Position numbers and translations under genes: made by a program
The notes under the pieces: model-generated
What the model saw: only the letters and a program-made list of their open reading frames with translations
Database searches by the model: none
Told to the model about the DNA's origin: nothing
From: a virus
Taxonomy: Duplodnaviria > Caudoviricetes
Strand: one strand, 5' to 3'
Virus record (IMG/VR): IMGVR_UViG_3300042883_001293
Length of the DNA stretch: 64,000 nt
Shown here: piece after piece, positions 45,877 through 53,436 of the stretch
Numbering within the stretch: the first letter of the stretch is position 1
How the letters are laid out: every line of letters starts with the position of its first letter

Positions 45877-46119
45877 ATGAAATACGAACCGCAAGTCAAC
45901 GATTATGTAAAATGGAACAACGGCAAAGGCGTTGAAGGGTGGGTCTATTTTAAGGATAAAGAATATATTACAATTGAAACTTCCGTATGGCAAAAGGACG
46001 ATGAGAACTATGCCTGCTGTTCACTTCATCGAAATGATCGTGTTCTAGTTTTGTGTTATAGAGATCAATGGAATGAACTTAAGTGTATAAAGACAAGGGA
46101 ATCCATTTATGAAACCTAA
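45877..46119 (+). CDS. Conserved cyanophage hypothetical protein
   Basis: ORF track. Confidence 0.7.
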   Translation: MKYEPQVNDYVKWNNGKGVEGWVYFKDKEYITIETSVWQKDDENYACCSLHRNDRVLVLCYRDQWNELKCIKTRESIYET

Positions 46120-46381
46120 AAATTCATGGCGGTGGTGGGCAAAGGCACTAGGTGAAAAAGCGTCTAAATGTGACAAAGAATCAGATAGAGTTGCAATCAT
46201 TCGCACTGTGATCTTCGCAACTTATCTGATTACAAACTGTTTCATTGTTGCTGGTGTCATACGGCATTGGAACAAACAAACTCAAATTGAAATTTTTATT
46301 GAATCACCTTATGAAGTACCAGGTCATCTACAACAAAAACAAGAAGAAATCCGTATCCAAACAAGTGGCAACGTTTTATAA
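46109..46381 (+). CDS. Conserved cyanophage membrane protein
   Basis: WRWWAKALGEKA...IVAGVIRHWN. Confidence 0.7.
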   Translation: MKPKNSWRWWAKALGEKASKCDKESDRVAIIRTVIFATYLITNCFIVAGVIRHWNKQTQIEIFIESPYEVPGHLQQKQEEIRIQTSGNVL

Positions 46382-46466
46382 TCTTGAAGACGCAATCTTT
46401 TGGGAGAGGCAAATGAAGGAAAGTGGTTGCCTAGATATTGAAGTTGTACCATTGTTCTCATCATGA
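46311..46466 (+). CDS. Hypothetical protein (51 aa)
   Basis: MKYQVIY...ATFYNLEDAIFWE. Confidence 0.55.
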   Translation: MKYQVIYNKNKKKSVSKQVATFYNLEDAIFWERQMKESGCLDIEVVPLFSS

Positions 46467-46723
46467 CTTCACAGAATTCAAATGAAATGCCCTCCTTGCC
46501 CGAACAAGGACTTAATCTTTCAAAGGCAGTTTTTGATATTATTCAAGAAACGATTAAGGGAAACGATCTACTAGTTGACGATTTTGAAAAGCAAAGACGT
46601 TATGATATTTGTCAGGTATGCGAATACTTCTTTGAACCACAGTCCAGGTGTAAGAAATGTGGTTGTTTTATGAAGAAGAAAGTTGAGTTCACCGCATCCA
46701 AATGCCCAGTTAATAAGTGGTGA
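46463..46723 (+). CDS. Small Cys-rich protein (DUF6171-like), paralog of 11022
   Basis: CQVC...CKKCGCF...CPVNKW. Confidence 0.65.
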   Translation: MTSQNSNEMPSLPEQGLNLSKAVFDIIQETIKGNDLLVDDFEKQRRYDICQVCEYFFEPQSRCKKCGCFMKKKVEFTASKCPVNKW

Positions 46724-46748
46724 AGAATAAATAAAAATAAAATTCAAA

Positions 46749-47180
46749 ATGAAAACGTTTCAAGAGTTTCAAGAGAGTTATCGTGATCCCTCTGCCAGAG
46801 GTGGATTCGATCCAAGATTCGATCGTAAAGGAAAACCAGACCTAGGACGCGGACCAAATCGATGGACAATTCCAGATCGCTCACCAACTCTTGGAATGGA
46901 CAAAATGGCAAGAACACAATATAATGCAAAAAAATCTAGCACACCAGCAGTAAATGTAGGAGAAGCAAAAGGTGACGGTGCATCGCCTTATGAAGTCTAC
47001 AAACCAAAACCAACACCAACCAATACTACACCACCACCTGCCGACTTCAGAGATAAGTATCTTCCAAAGCAAACCAAACAGGCACAGTTAGTTCCACCAA
47101 AAACAAATGCTCCCGTTGATCTCAGAGGTCCTGGTGAAAAGTTACGTGCTCTTCAAATCTTAAGAAAGCAACAAGGTTAG
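46749..47180 (+). CDS. Late protein (KTFQEF N-terminus), Pro-rich
   Basis: ATAAATA at 46727-33. Confidence 0.65.
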   Translation: MKTFQEFQESYRDPSARGGFDPRFDRKGKPDLGRGPNRWTIPDRSPTLGMDKMARTQYNAKKSSTPAVNVGEAKGDGASPYEVYKPKPTPTNTTPPPADFRDKYLPKQTKQAQLVPPKTNAPVDLRGPGEKLRALQILRKQQG

Positions 47181-47923
47181 TTGCGAACATAGAACCACCA
47201 ATATCCTTTCCAAGTATATTTTCCAGGATTCTTTAAACTTCTAAGAATTCCTTGCTTATCTGTTGCCTTATATTCTCTCAATGCGGCACTTATACTCTCA
47301 TACCGAACTTCAATCTGTTCGGTTTTTTTATTGACTCCAAATACTGCTCTTTTCTGATCTTTCTCTTCTATAATTTGCCACTTATGTCCATATGCAGTTC
47401 TACCTGTACGTGCGGCAAGTATAATGTTTGAATTGTTAATTGATTTACCAGTGACTTGTTCTGCTGCTACTCTTGCACTTTCATAGTCGGTACAGATTCC
47501 AGTCTTTAGATTCTTACCACGTATCTTAAATCCAAAGTGTTTACCATTCCCACGATTCTCTTCATTCCATTGAATTAGGTGTGGTGATGTTTTATATGAG
47601 CGTGGTTTCTTTTCCTCTTGTTTTATCTCTTTAACTTCAACTGGTTTTATTATTGTTTCAATTACATTGTATTCTGGTTGATACTTCTCTATCCAATAGT
47701 TTGTTTTATTATAGAATTCAGATTCATCACATTCATCTAGTTCTCTGATCATAAAGTTGTGTATACCATACTCTCTGAATGCTTTATGTAATGGTTCAGA
47801 GGACATTCTTTTAGATTTCTCTATGTGTTGTACCCATTCCTTGTTCATTGCAAGTGTGGTGTTTCCTATGTACTTGTGTTCATTCTGTTTGTTGAGAATA
47901 AGGTAGATAATTCCTCTTTTCAT
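47177..47923 (-). CDS. GIY-YIG endonuclease with tandem NUMOD1-like domains
   Basis: GIIY...KYIG.T...H...E...YN; two YES.. helix-turn-helix-like repeats; only well-supported minus-strand gene in the window. Confidence 0.8.
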   Translation of the reverse strand: MKRGIIYLILNKQNEHKYIGNTTLAMNKEWVQHIEKSKRMSSEPLHKAFREYGIHNFMIRELDECDESEFYNKTNYWIEKYQPEYNVIETIIKPVEVKEIKQEEKKPRSYKTSPHLIQWNEENRGNGKHFGFKIRGKNLKTGICTDYESARVAAEQVTGKSINNSNIILAARTGRTAYGHKWQIIEEKDQKRAVFGVNKKTEQIEVRYESISAALREYKATDKQGILRSLKNPGKYTWKGYWWFYVRN

Positions 47924-48135
47924 GGTGTATTGTATAGTGTTGTAATTATATGTATTGCATGGTATGGTGAATATATTTTATGGTATGAGATATTTGAAGG
48001 TTTATGTTACTGGCGATACTTTTAGGGTATTATTGGTAGAAATACTTAATTGTTTTGTATAATGGTAGTGTTATATAATTATAAATGTCTTTTAATATTC
48101 TTTAATACTTATAAATGCCTTCATGTCTTTATAAA

Positions 48136-48305
48136 TGCTCTTTAATACTCATAAATGCTCTTTAATACTCATAAATGCCTTCTAGTGCTCTTTAATACTC
48201 ATAAATGCCTTCTAGTGCTCTTTAATACTCATAAATGCCTTCTAGTGCTCTTTAATACTCATAAATGCCTTCTAGTGCTCTTTAATACTCATAAATGCCT
48301 TCTAG
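48136..48305. repeat. Tandem repeat: 5 perfect 30-bp units (48156-48305) plus 20-bp partial units
   Basis: Unit tgctctttaatactcataaatgccttctag. Confidence 0.95.
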
Positions 48306-48370
48306 TCTTGTGGACTTAGCTTGCGTACCATAAGACGCGCATTTTGTCAACCCCACGCCGCGAAATTGTC

Positions 48371-48720
48371 ACGAGATCCCCATGAGACCGCCACGAGATC
48401 TGCACGAGACTCATAAGATATTGTAATACTACGAGATCTGCACGAGATGTGTACGTATCGTAACATTTTAAGCATTATATGCATATATAACAGTATTATT
48501 ATCTTGTACGAGATCTGGGCGAGCATTATGGGCTTGCACTCTCTACGAGATCATGCTACAATAAACAAGCGTTCATCAAACTACTATGTACGACGATTAC
48601 GAGATCGATTTCCATAGCAACGATTACAGTCTCGATGAAGATACGTACTACGAGAATCATACGCGAGATCTGCAAGAAGACGACGATTATGCACGAGACG
48701 GGCAGGACTACGAGAGTCTT
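48371..48720. repeat. Cluster of ACGAGAT-like heptamers
   Basis: Over 10 copies, e.g. 48371, 48393, 48431, 48442, 48508, 48545, 48599. Confidence 0.7.
48534..48562 (+). promoter_or_regulatory. sigma70-type promoter with ACGAGAT in spacer
   Basis: TTGCAC-17-TACAAT. Confidence 0.6.
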
Positions 48721-48741
48721 GCATATCGCCACTATGCATGA
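48586..48741 (+). CDS. Small acidic D/Y-rich protein (51 aa)
   Basis: Own translation MYDDYEIDFHSNDYSLDED... Confidence 0.6.
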   Translation: MYDDYEIDFHSNDYSLDEDTYYENHTRDLQEDDDYARDGQDYESLAYRHYA

Positions 48742-48771
48742 TAGAATACTCACACAACGCACAGGATACTC

Positions 48772-48921
48772 ATGATCGCACAGAAACGCAGGGTTCAGGT
48801 CACGCTATACGTTGAGTGTTATGATGATCTAGATCTAGAAGATCTCAATTGGAGAGAGATTCTAGATCTACAGGGTGATGAAGAAGTCCATGCTAGCATT
48901 AAAGATCTAGATCCGTGGTGA
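48772..48921 (+). CDS. Small acidic protein (49 aa)
   Basis: Own translation; TTGCAT-17-TAGAAT at 48719-47. Confidence 0.6.
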   Translation: MIAQKRRVQVTLYVECYDDLDLEDLNWREILDLQGDEEVHASIKDLDPW

Positions 48922-48924
48922 GTC

Positions 48925-49015
48925 TTGTGCCAGTTCTCATAGTGTCACAATCATTATAGAATACTATAACGATATAACAGTAGCGTTATATGTGACACTA
49001 TGAGAACTGGCACAA
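48925..49015. repeat. Perfect 25-bp inverted repeat (two divergent early dyads), 41-bp spacer
   Basis: ttgtgccagttctcatagtgtcaca / tgtgacactatgagaactggcacaa. Confidence 0.95.
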
Positions 49016-49074
49016 TGTTGCCTTGAAGCACCCCGAATCGGGTTTATGTTGGATTCGTTCAACACCAAACCCCA

Positions 49075-49278
49075 ATGATTTTCCTCACTGTTGCTGATCA
49101 CGGTTGTGTGTATACTCTCTCCCAAGAAGACGGGAATGAGTTATATTATGCTCCCATTTATGCCAATGGGAATATTAATCTAGAAGAGTTTGCTCCTGTA
49201 GATCTTGCTGGTGTAGATATGGATCAAATGGAGTTGTTTGATATCCGCAATCGCCTTGTGCAAATGTGCCAGGTGTGA
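49075..49278 (+). CDS. Conserved cyanophage early protein
   Basis: ORF track after dyad 48991. Confidence 0.7.
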   Translation: MIFLTVADHGCVYTLSQEDGNELYYAPIYANGNINLEEFAPVDLAGVDMDQMELFDIRNRLVQMCQV

Positions 49279-49324
49279 AACTGGCACACACCCCCTTGCG
49301 CTTCTGGTGCTGGGGGGTTATATT
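49265..49324 (+). promoter_or_regulatory. Early dyad + -10
   Basis: tgtgccagg-tgtgaa-actggcaca; TATATT 30 bp downstream. Confidence 0.7.
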
Positions 49325-49350
49325 ACATTTGTTCCTGAAACACAAACCCC

Positions 49351-49548
49351 ATGGAAACTCTCAATCAAGAAATTCAGGAAACATTTGATCAGATTCTAAC
49401 ACAAATTGCCCAGAAAACTCTGAGCATTAATACACTTGAAACTCGAAACATGGACAACCTTGATTTTCATGAGGTTGCAGTGTGGCAAATTCAAGACGCT
49501 TTGCGGGCAGCATTCGTTGCTGGATTAGAAGTTGGAGTGACACTCTGA
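49351..49548 (+). CDS. DUF6900-like protein
   Basis: TLETRNMDNLDFHEVAVW.I.DALRAAF.AG. Confidence 0.7.
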   Translation: METLNQEIQETFDQILTQIAQKTLSINTLETRNMDNLDFHEVAVWQIQDALRAAFVAGLEVGVTL

Positions 49549-49595
49549 GAACTGGCACACACCCCCTAGACACCTGCCTCAAACCCTGCTACATT
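49536..49595 (+). promoter_or_regulatory. Early dyad + -10
   Basis: agtgacact-ctgaga-actggcaca; TACATT 30 bp downstream. Confidence 0.75.
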
Positions 49596-49617
49596 ACATT
49601 TGTTCCTGAAACACCCC

Positions 49618-49788
49618 ATGAACTACTACAACACTCGGATTGTTGAGCGCCATGAGCACCGCACGGAACTGATGAACTCTCAGGCAGAGTTTGCTGATTT
49701 CTGCATGTCCCTCACTTCTATTATGGATGAGACTGCCATGGCATGGTATGCGGATATGAAACGTGCCAACATCTGCTATGATGTGTGA
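49618..49788 (+). CDS. Hypothetical early protein
   Basis: ATG after repeated leader. Confidence 0.6.
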   Translation: MNYYNTRIVERHEHRTELMNSQAEFADFCMSLTSIMDETAMAWYADMKRANICYDV

Positions 49789-49842
49789 CACCTTCTGAAC
49801 TGGACCACGGGGGTTGACAAGGACCCCCAACCCTGCTACATT
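49784..49842 (+). promoter_or_regulatory. Early dyad + sigma70 promoter
   Basis: tgtgacacc-ttctga-actggacca; TTGACA-17-TACATT. Confidence 0.75.
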
Positions 49843-49867
49843 ACATTTGTTCTTGAGGGATCACCCC

Positions 49868-50338
49868 ATGCTCAAAGGCACCGAACTCGTTTCTAAAGTG
49901 ACCACCATGCAGGCACAAGAACCGCCCGCCAAGATGTCTGACATCGTTCGGGAATGTGGTTATGAGATTGACGGCAAACTCAAGTATACTCAGTTCTATA
50001 CTGAACTGCTGGATGCAAAGGGTCTGCTGAACAAACCAGAACCCACAGAGATCTCCGAGGAGTATCAGGAAACCTACGATCGCCTCTGTGGTGATTATGG
50101 ACAGGATGCTGTCAATGCTTTCCTGGACATCTGGGAAGAAAGCGATCTTCATGGGTTCGAAGATGCCTACCAAGGACGTTATGAGGATGGTGCAGACTTT
50201 GCAGAACAGTTTACAACTGACTGCTACGGTTTGAATGTTCCTTCGTTCGTGGTGATTGATTGGCAGGCAACATGGGATCAGGGACTGTGTTATGATTACG
50301 AGTTCGTGAATGGATTCGTATTCGTGAACGCCTGGTAA
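49868..50338 (+). CDS. Antirestriction ArdA-like protein with cyanobacterial AbrB-like N-terminus
   Basis: Acidic C-terminus DAYQGRYEDGADFAEQ...VIDWQATW...DYEF.NGFVF; N-terminus LKGTELVSKV...ECGY...FYTELLDAKG. Confidence 0.6.
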   Translation: MLKGTELVSKVTTMQAQEPPAKMSDIVRECGYEIDGKLKYTQFYTELLDAKGLLNKPEPTEISEEYQETYDRLCGDYGQDAVNAFLDIWEESDLHGFEDAYQGRYEDGADFAEQFTTDCYGLNVPSFVVIDWQATWDQGLCYDYEFVNGFVFVNAW

Positions 50339-50415
50339 GCACGAGATCGAGTGCGAGATGTGTACGAGATGCACACGTATCTTATACACATCTCTACGAG
50401 ATATGCATAACACAT

Positions 50416-50444
50416 AGTATATCATATCACAACGAGATTGTCAA
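50416..50444 (-). promoter_or_regulatory. Minus-strand sigma70 promoter, back-to-back with the tRNA promoter
   Basis: Reverse strand TTGACA(50444-39)-17-TATACT(50421-16). Confidence 0.6.
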
Positions 50445-50448
50445 TCAC

Positions 50449-50477
50449 TTGACATCATCTACGAGATATCATATACT
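50449..50477 (+). promoter_or_regulatory. sigma70 promoter of tRNA
   Basis: TTGACA-17-TATACT, ACGAGAT in spacer. Confidence 0.75.
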
Positions 50478-50485
50478 ATACACAT

Positions 50486-50569
50486 GGGAGTATGGTGGAA
50501 TCGGTAGACACACCAGACTTAAAATCTGTTGGGAGCAATCCCGTGGGAGTTCAAGTCTCCCTACTCCTA
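50486..50569 (+). tRNA. trnL: tRNA-Leu(UAA), CCA not encoded
   Basis: Acceptor GGGAGTA/TACTCCT, D-loop GGTAGAC, anticodon TAA 50520-22, long variable arm, TTCAAGT T-loop. Confidence 0.92.
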
Positions 50570-50648
50570 TTGGGTGATTTGAGATTATCATCACCCATAC
50601 ACGCGAGAGATAGTTTATATTTCATATCTTATAGGTGAGTGGGTTCTG

Positions 50649-50678
50649 AAGGCAGGGAGTGGTGTCCCTGCCTTTTTT
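50649..50678 (+). terminator. Rho-independent terminator
   Basis: aaggcaggga/tccctgcctt stem followed by a T-run. Confidence 0.75.
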
Positions 50679-50837
50679 CTTATGTGCAAGAATTGTGCTT
50701 CACCCCACTCACCCCTTCCCGCACCATATGATGTGCGTATATTATACCTCACACATACCCCTGCGGGGTATGCCTTCGGCATCTCTTTAAAGTATAATAT
50801 TAATCTTTATATTATTATCTTCAAACCTAACAAAGGT

Positions 50838-50866
50838 ATTCTAGCAAGAAATTAACAACATGTCAA
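50838..50866 (-). promoter_or_regulatory. Minus-strand sigma70 promoter
   Basis: Reverse strand TTGACA-17-TAGAAT. Confidence 0.65.
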
Positions 50867-51016
50867 GCCCCTAAAACATTAGAAGACTTTATGAGTCTGA
50901 TAAACACTCCTAATGTTACGGAATGTTGCAGGGGGTTGATCTGGGGTGCTGGGGGTGCTATGTTTGATTCGTGGTTGGGAACCGCTCTACATTCCCCCAA
51001 CTGCCCCATTCTTGAC

Positions 51017-51352
51017 ATGAACCTCACCAAATCCTTCCCCCCTGCTGATGATCTGCTCGTGCAATTTCAGCAGGTTGACTATCAGAAACTCTACGCCGAT
51101 GTGCGGAGTTTCGTTCTCACCGTGGCAGCATTTGTTGCTGTGGTTGCTACTATCCTCTGGAACAAGATTCAAACCATGCGATTCAAAACCCCCGAAATGA
51201 TCACCCAATTCTTCTACCTGGGTGTGAACATGATTGGTGAACCTGGCGATGAAATCGTTGGGTTGAGTGTAGGCAACCGCTACGTTGGTTTGTATAGCAA
51301 CGGCATCGCTTGGGGTGTGCTCAACGAGCAGGGTGCCCTGACCAATCAGTAA
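51017..51352 (+). CDS. Membrane-anchored hypothetical early protein
   Basis: Central TM helix. Confidence 0.65.
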   Translation: MNLTKSFPPADDLLVQFQQVDYQKLYADVRSFVLTVAAFVAVVATILWNKIQTMRFKTPEMITQFFYLGVNMIGEPGDEIVGLSVGNRYVGLYSNGIAWGVLNEQGALTNQ

Positions 51353-51420
51353 ACTGGCACACAGGGGGTTGCGTTGCTGCTGCCCCCATGCCAAACTACG
51401 TTTGTTCCTGAAACACACCC

Positions 51421-51549
51421 ATGGACACCTACTTCTTTGAGATCCAAGACGCCCCGGGTGAGATCTATGACATCGAGGATCTGCAGCAGGAGGATGACGA
51501 TGAGGATCAATCCTTCAACCAAATGCTCAACAGCAACTACACCCTGTGA
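51421..51549 (+). CDS. Small acidic protein (42 aa)
   Basis: Own translation after dyad 51338-61 and repeated leader. Confidence 0.55.
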   Translation: MDTYFFEIQDAPGEIYDIEDLQQEDDDEDQSFNQMLNSNYTL

Positions 51550-51695
51550 TGACACTCACGCACCTCAACTATCAGGAGATTGATACCCTCCTCGCTATTC
51601 TTGAGACTAGCGACTGGCACTACCTGACAGAACTTACAGAGGCGGACATTCCGCTTCTGTATGACAAACTCACTGAAATGAGGGATGAGATCTGA
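51549..51695 (+). CDS. Hypothetical protein (48 aa)
   Basis: Own translation; TGATG coupling. Confidence 0.55.
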   Translation: MTLTHLNYQEIDTLLAILETSDWHYLTELTEADIPLLYDKLTEMRDEI

Positions 51696-51868
51696 TGAAC
51701 CGTTCTGAACTGCAAGATGCTCTCATTCAGCAGATGCTGGATGACATGGACCTCAAGACAATGACCCAACTCTGTTATGACTACCTGGATGAGGGTTATG
51801 CAAAGTATTCTGATGAAGAATTGATCACCGAGTGTGAAGAATACTACCCCGAACTGCTAGAGGGGTGA
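51695..51868 (+). CDS. Conserved cyanophage early protein (57 aa)
   Basis: MNRSELQDALIQQMLDDMDLKT...YYPELLE. Confidence 0.65.
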   Translation: MNRSELQDALIQQMLDDMDLKTMTQLCYDYLDEGYAKYSDEELITECEEYYPELLEG

Positions 51869-51923
51869 CGATCTGACAACTGGCACACAGGGGGTTGACC
51901 CCACCCCCAACCCGTGCCATAAT
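51864..51923 (+). promoter_or_regulatory. Early dyad + sigma70 promoter
   Basis: ggtgacgat-ctgaca-actggcaca; TTGACC-17-CATAAT. Confidence 0.7.
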
Positions 51924-51993
51924 TGATTCAACAAGCGGGGGTGAAGCATCCCGCTCAAAACACTTCACTCAACCCTTTACTTTTTTTAACATC

Positions 51994-52212
51994 ATGTTCA
52001 AGTTCCAATCCAGCGCCATCGAAAACATCTCCGATGTGCAAAACGGTCAAGTGACTGTTACTTTCAACGGTGGTCGTGACTATACCTACGGTGTGCAAGA
52101 TGTGGAGCAATTCGTTGCTCAACTCTCCGAAGTGATCACTAAGAGCGAATCTGTGGGTCGCTTCATTAACACCGCAATCCGTAGCGAGCAACTGACTCAG
52201 GTTGCCGCCTGA
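51994..52212 (+). CDS. KTSC-domain-like protein
   Basis: SSAI...VTF.GG..YTY...SVGRFIN. Confidence 0.55.
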   Translation: MFKFQSSAIENISDVQNGQVTVTFNGGRDYTYGVQDVEQFVAQLSEVITKSESVGRFINTAIRSEQLTQVAA

Positions 52213-52219
52213 GGCACAC

Positions 52220-52241
52220 GGGGGGCATCCTGCCCCCCTTT
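52220..52241 (+). terminator. Rho-independent terminator
   Basis: G6-catcctg-C6-ttt. Confidence 0.6.
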
Positions 52242-52243
52242 CT

Positions 52244-52304
52244 TGTGCCACTTGATCAACCTGCACACACCCCCACCCTAAGGGGTCTGCTGCTGCTGTA
52301 TGAT
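52244..52304 (+). promoter_or_regulatory. Early dyad + -10
   Basis: tgtgccact-tgatca-acctgcaca; TATGAT 31 bp downstream. Confidence 0.65.
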
Positions 52305-52329
52305 TCGATCAACGCCAACCACCCCACCC

Positions 52330-52944
52330 ATGGCACACACCGATTCCATTCTCGCAACCTACTTCCAGAGCAGTGTTTATGATCGGCAAGTTGGGATGCA
52401 ATGGTACAACAACGCCTTTCAGGTTTGTGTTACTTTAGGCGAAAAGTACGGTGTCCATTCTGACATTGTGGCAGGCGTGATTGCTGCACTTTCTCCCAAC
52501 AATAAGTGGGAATCTAACATTATCGACGCTGAAATCATGCTGCGTGCATGGGCAGCAGAGATCGCATACAGCAGTGTTAAAGTTTCCACCTATTTCAACA
52601 ATAAGGATAAAGCAGCAACAATCCTTGATTGTCAACTAACCCGCGAACAGATTGTAACTGTTTTGCGTGGCAATAAGACGGTGGCGTTCTTCCTTTGCAT
52701 CGCGTCTAATGGTGACAGCGACACGCCCTGTATTGATGGTCATGCTTACAACGTGTGGAACGGAACTGTATCTACACTCAAGGAAGTTCCCTCTATGAGT
52801 GACAAAACCTACCGCCACATTCAAGACGCTTACCGTGACGCTGCTAAGATTATCTCAGGCGTGACGGGTTCCTATCATTCAGCGGCACAAGTTCAGGCGG
52901 TGACTTGGGTAGCGTACCGCAGGATGCACAAAGGTCTGCTGTGA
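52330..52944 (+). CDS. Conserved phage protein (DUF7178-like), possible HhH-glycosylase fold
   Basis: WY...AALSPNNKW..N...G.KT.AF...CIDGHAYN...QVQAVTW. Confidence 0.6.
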   Translation: MAHTDSILATYFQSSVYDRQVGMQWYNNAFQVCVTLGEKYGVHSDIVAGVIAALSPNNKWESNIIDAEIMLRAWAAEIAYSSVKVSTYFNNKDKAATILDCQLTREQIVTVLRGNKTVAFFLCIASNGDSDTPCIDGHAYNVWNGTVSTLKEVPSMSDKTYRHIQDAYRDAAKIISGVTGSYHSAAQVQAVTWVAYRRMHKGLL

Positions 52945-53022
52945 CGCTCTGAGAACCGCACACTGGGGGGCACCGTTGCCCCTCTCTGCCCTCTATACTG
53001 ATCTCAGTTCGCAAGCAACCCG

Positions 53023-53196
53023 ATGACCTTCATCTCCTGGAGCGCCGCCCCCAAGGGCACTGGCATGGACCACGCGGAGTTCTTCACCAGCGAAGCACAC
53101 GCCGTGGATGTTGCCTTTGACTGGAGCATCGAACTCGGTGGCGCTCCCGTGGTGATCTACTGCAACGAACAGGAATGGATGGAGATCACTGCCTGA
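53023..53196 (+). CDS. Conserved cyanophage early protein (57 aa)
   Basis: Own translation after dyad 52940 and TATACT 52994. Confidence 0.6.
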   Translation: MTFISWSAAPKGTGMDHAEFFTSEAHAVDVAFDWSIELGGAPVVIYCNEQEWMEITA

Positions 53197-53206
53197 AGTG
53201 GCACAC

Positions 53207-53230
53207 AGGGGGCAACCTGCCCCCTTTTTT
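53207..53230 (+). terminator. Rho-independent terminator
   Basis: gggggca-acc-tgccccc-T7. Confidence 0.7.
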
Positions 53231-53319
53231 ATGGTGCCCCTTTTTTTATTTCAAGGCTGCCCCCGTGACGACTGTTGACATCAACAGGGCTACCCCGCCC
53301 CTCCTTCGCTTGTGACCGT

Positions 53320-53379
53320 ATTATAGGCAATGGATGCCCCGCAAAACCCGCATCGTGTGCCACTTGCTGAACCGTCTAG
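53320..53379 (-). promoter_or_regulatory. Minus-oriented early dyad + TATAAT (possibly bidirectional)
   Basis: Reverse strand ...agtggcaca, then TATAAT 30 bp later (53325-20); TATGGT on + at 53409. Confidence 0.6.
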
Positions 53380-53436
53380 AACTGCTGCCACCGCCTCTCA
53401 GCACCCTGTATGGTGACAATACGCCGCAACCTCACC

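Noticed and set aside
14009-47923. Group I introns or inteins hosting the endonucleases
   Set aside because: Flanking genes are intact on both sides and no intron core was recognised; the nucleases are free-standing
48136-48305. CRISPR array
   Set aside because: Units are perfect tandem copies with no unique spacers; no cas genes
48155-48318. ORF (LFNTHKCLLV)n through the tandem repeat
   Set aside because: An open frame is a by-product of the 30-bp periodicity; no RBS, and the composition is implausible
48772-48921. Very dense GATC cluster as an origin signal
   Set aside because: Six of these GATCs come from Asp-Leu (GAT CTA/CTC) and Asp-Pro codons in a plausible 49 aa ORF
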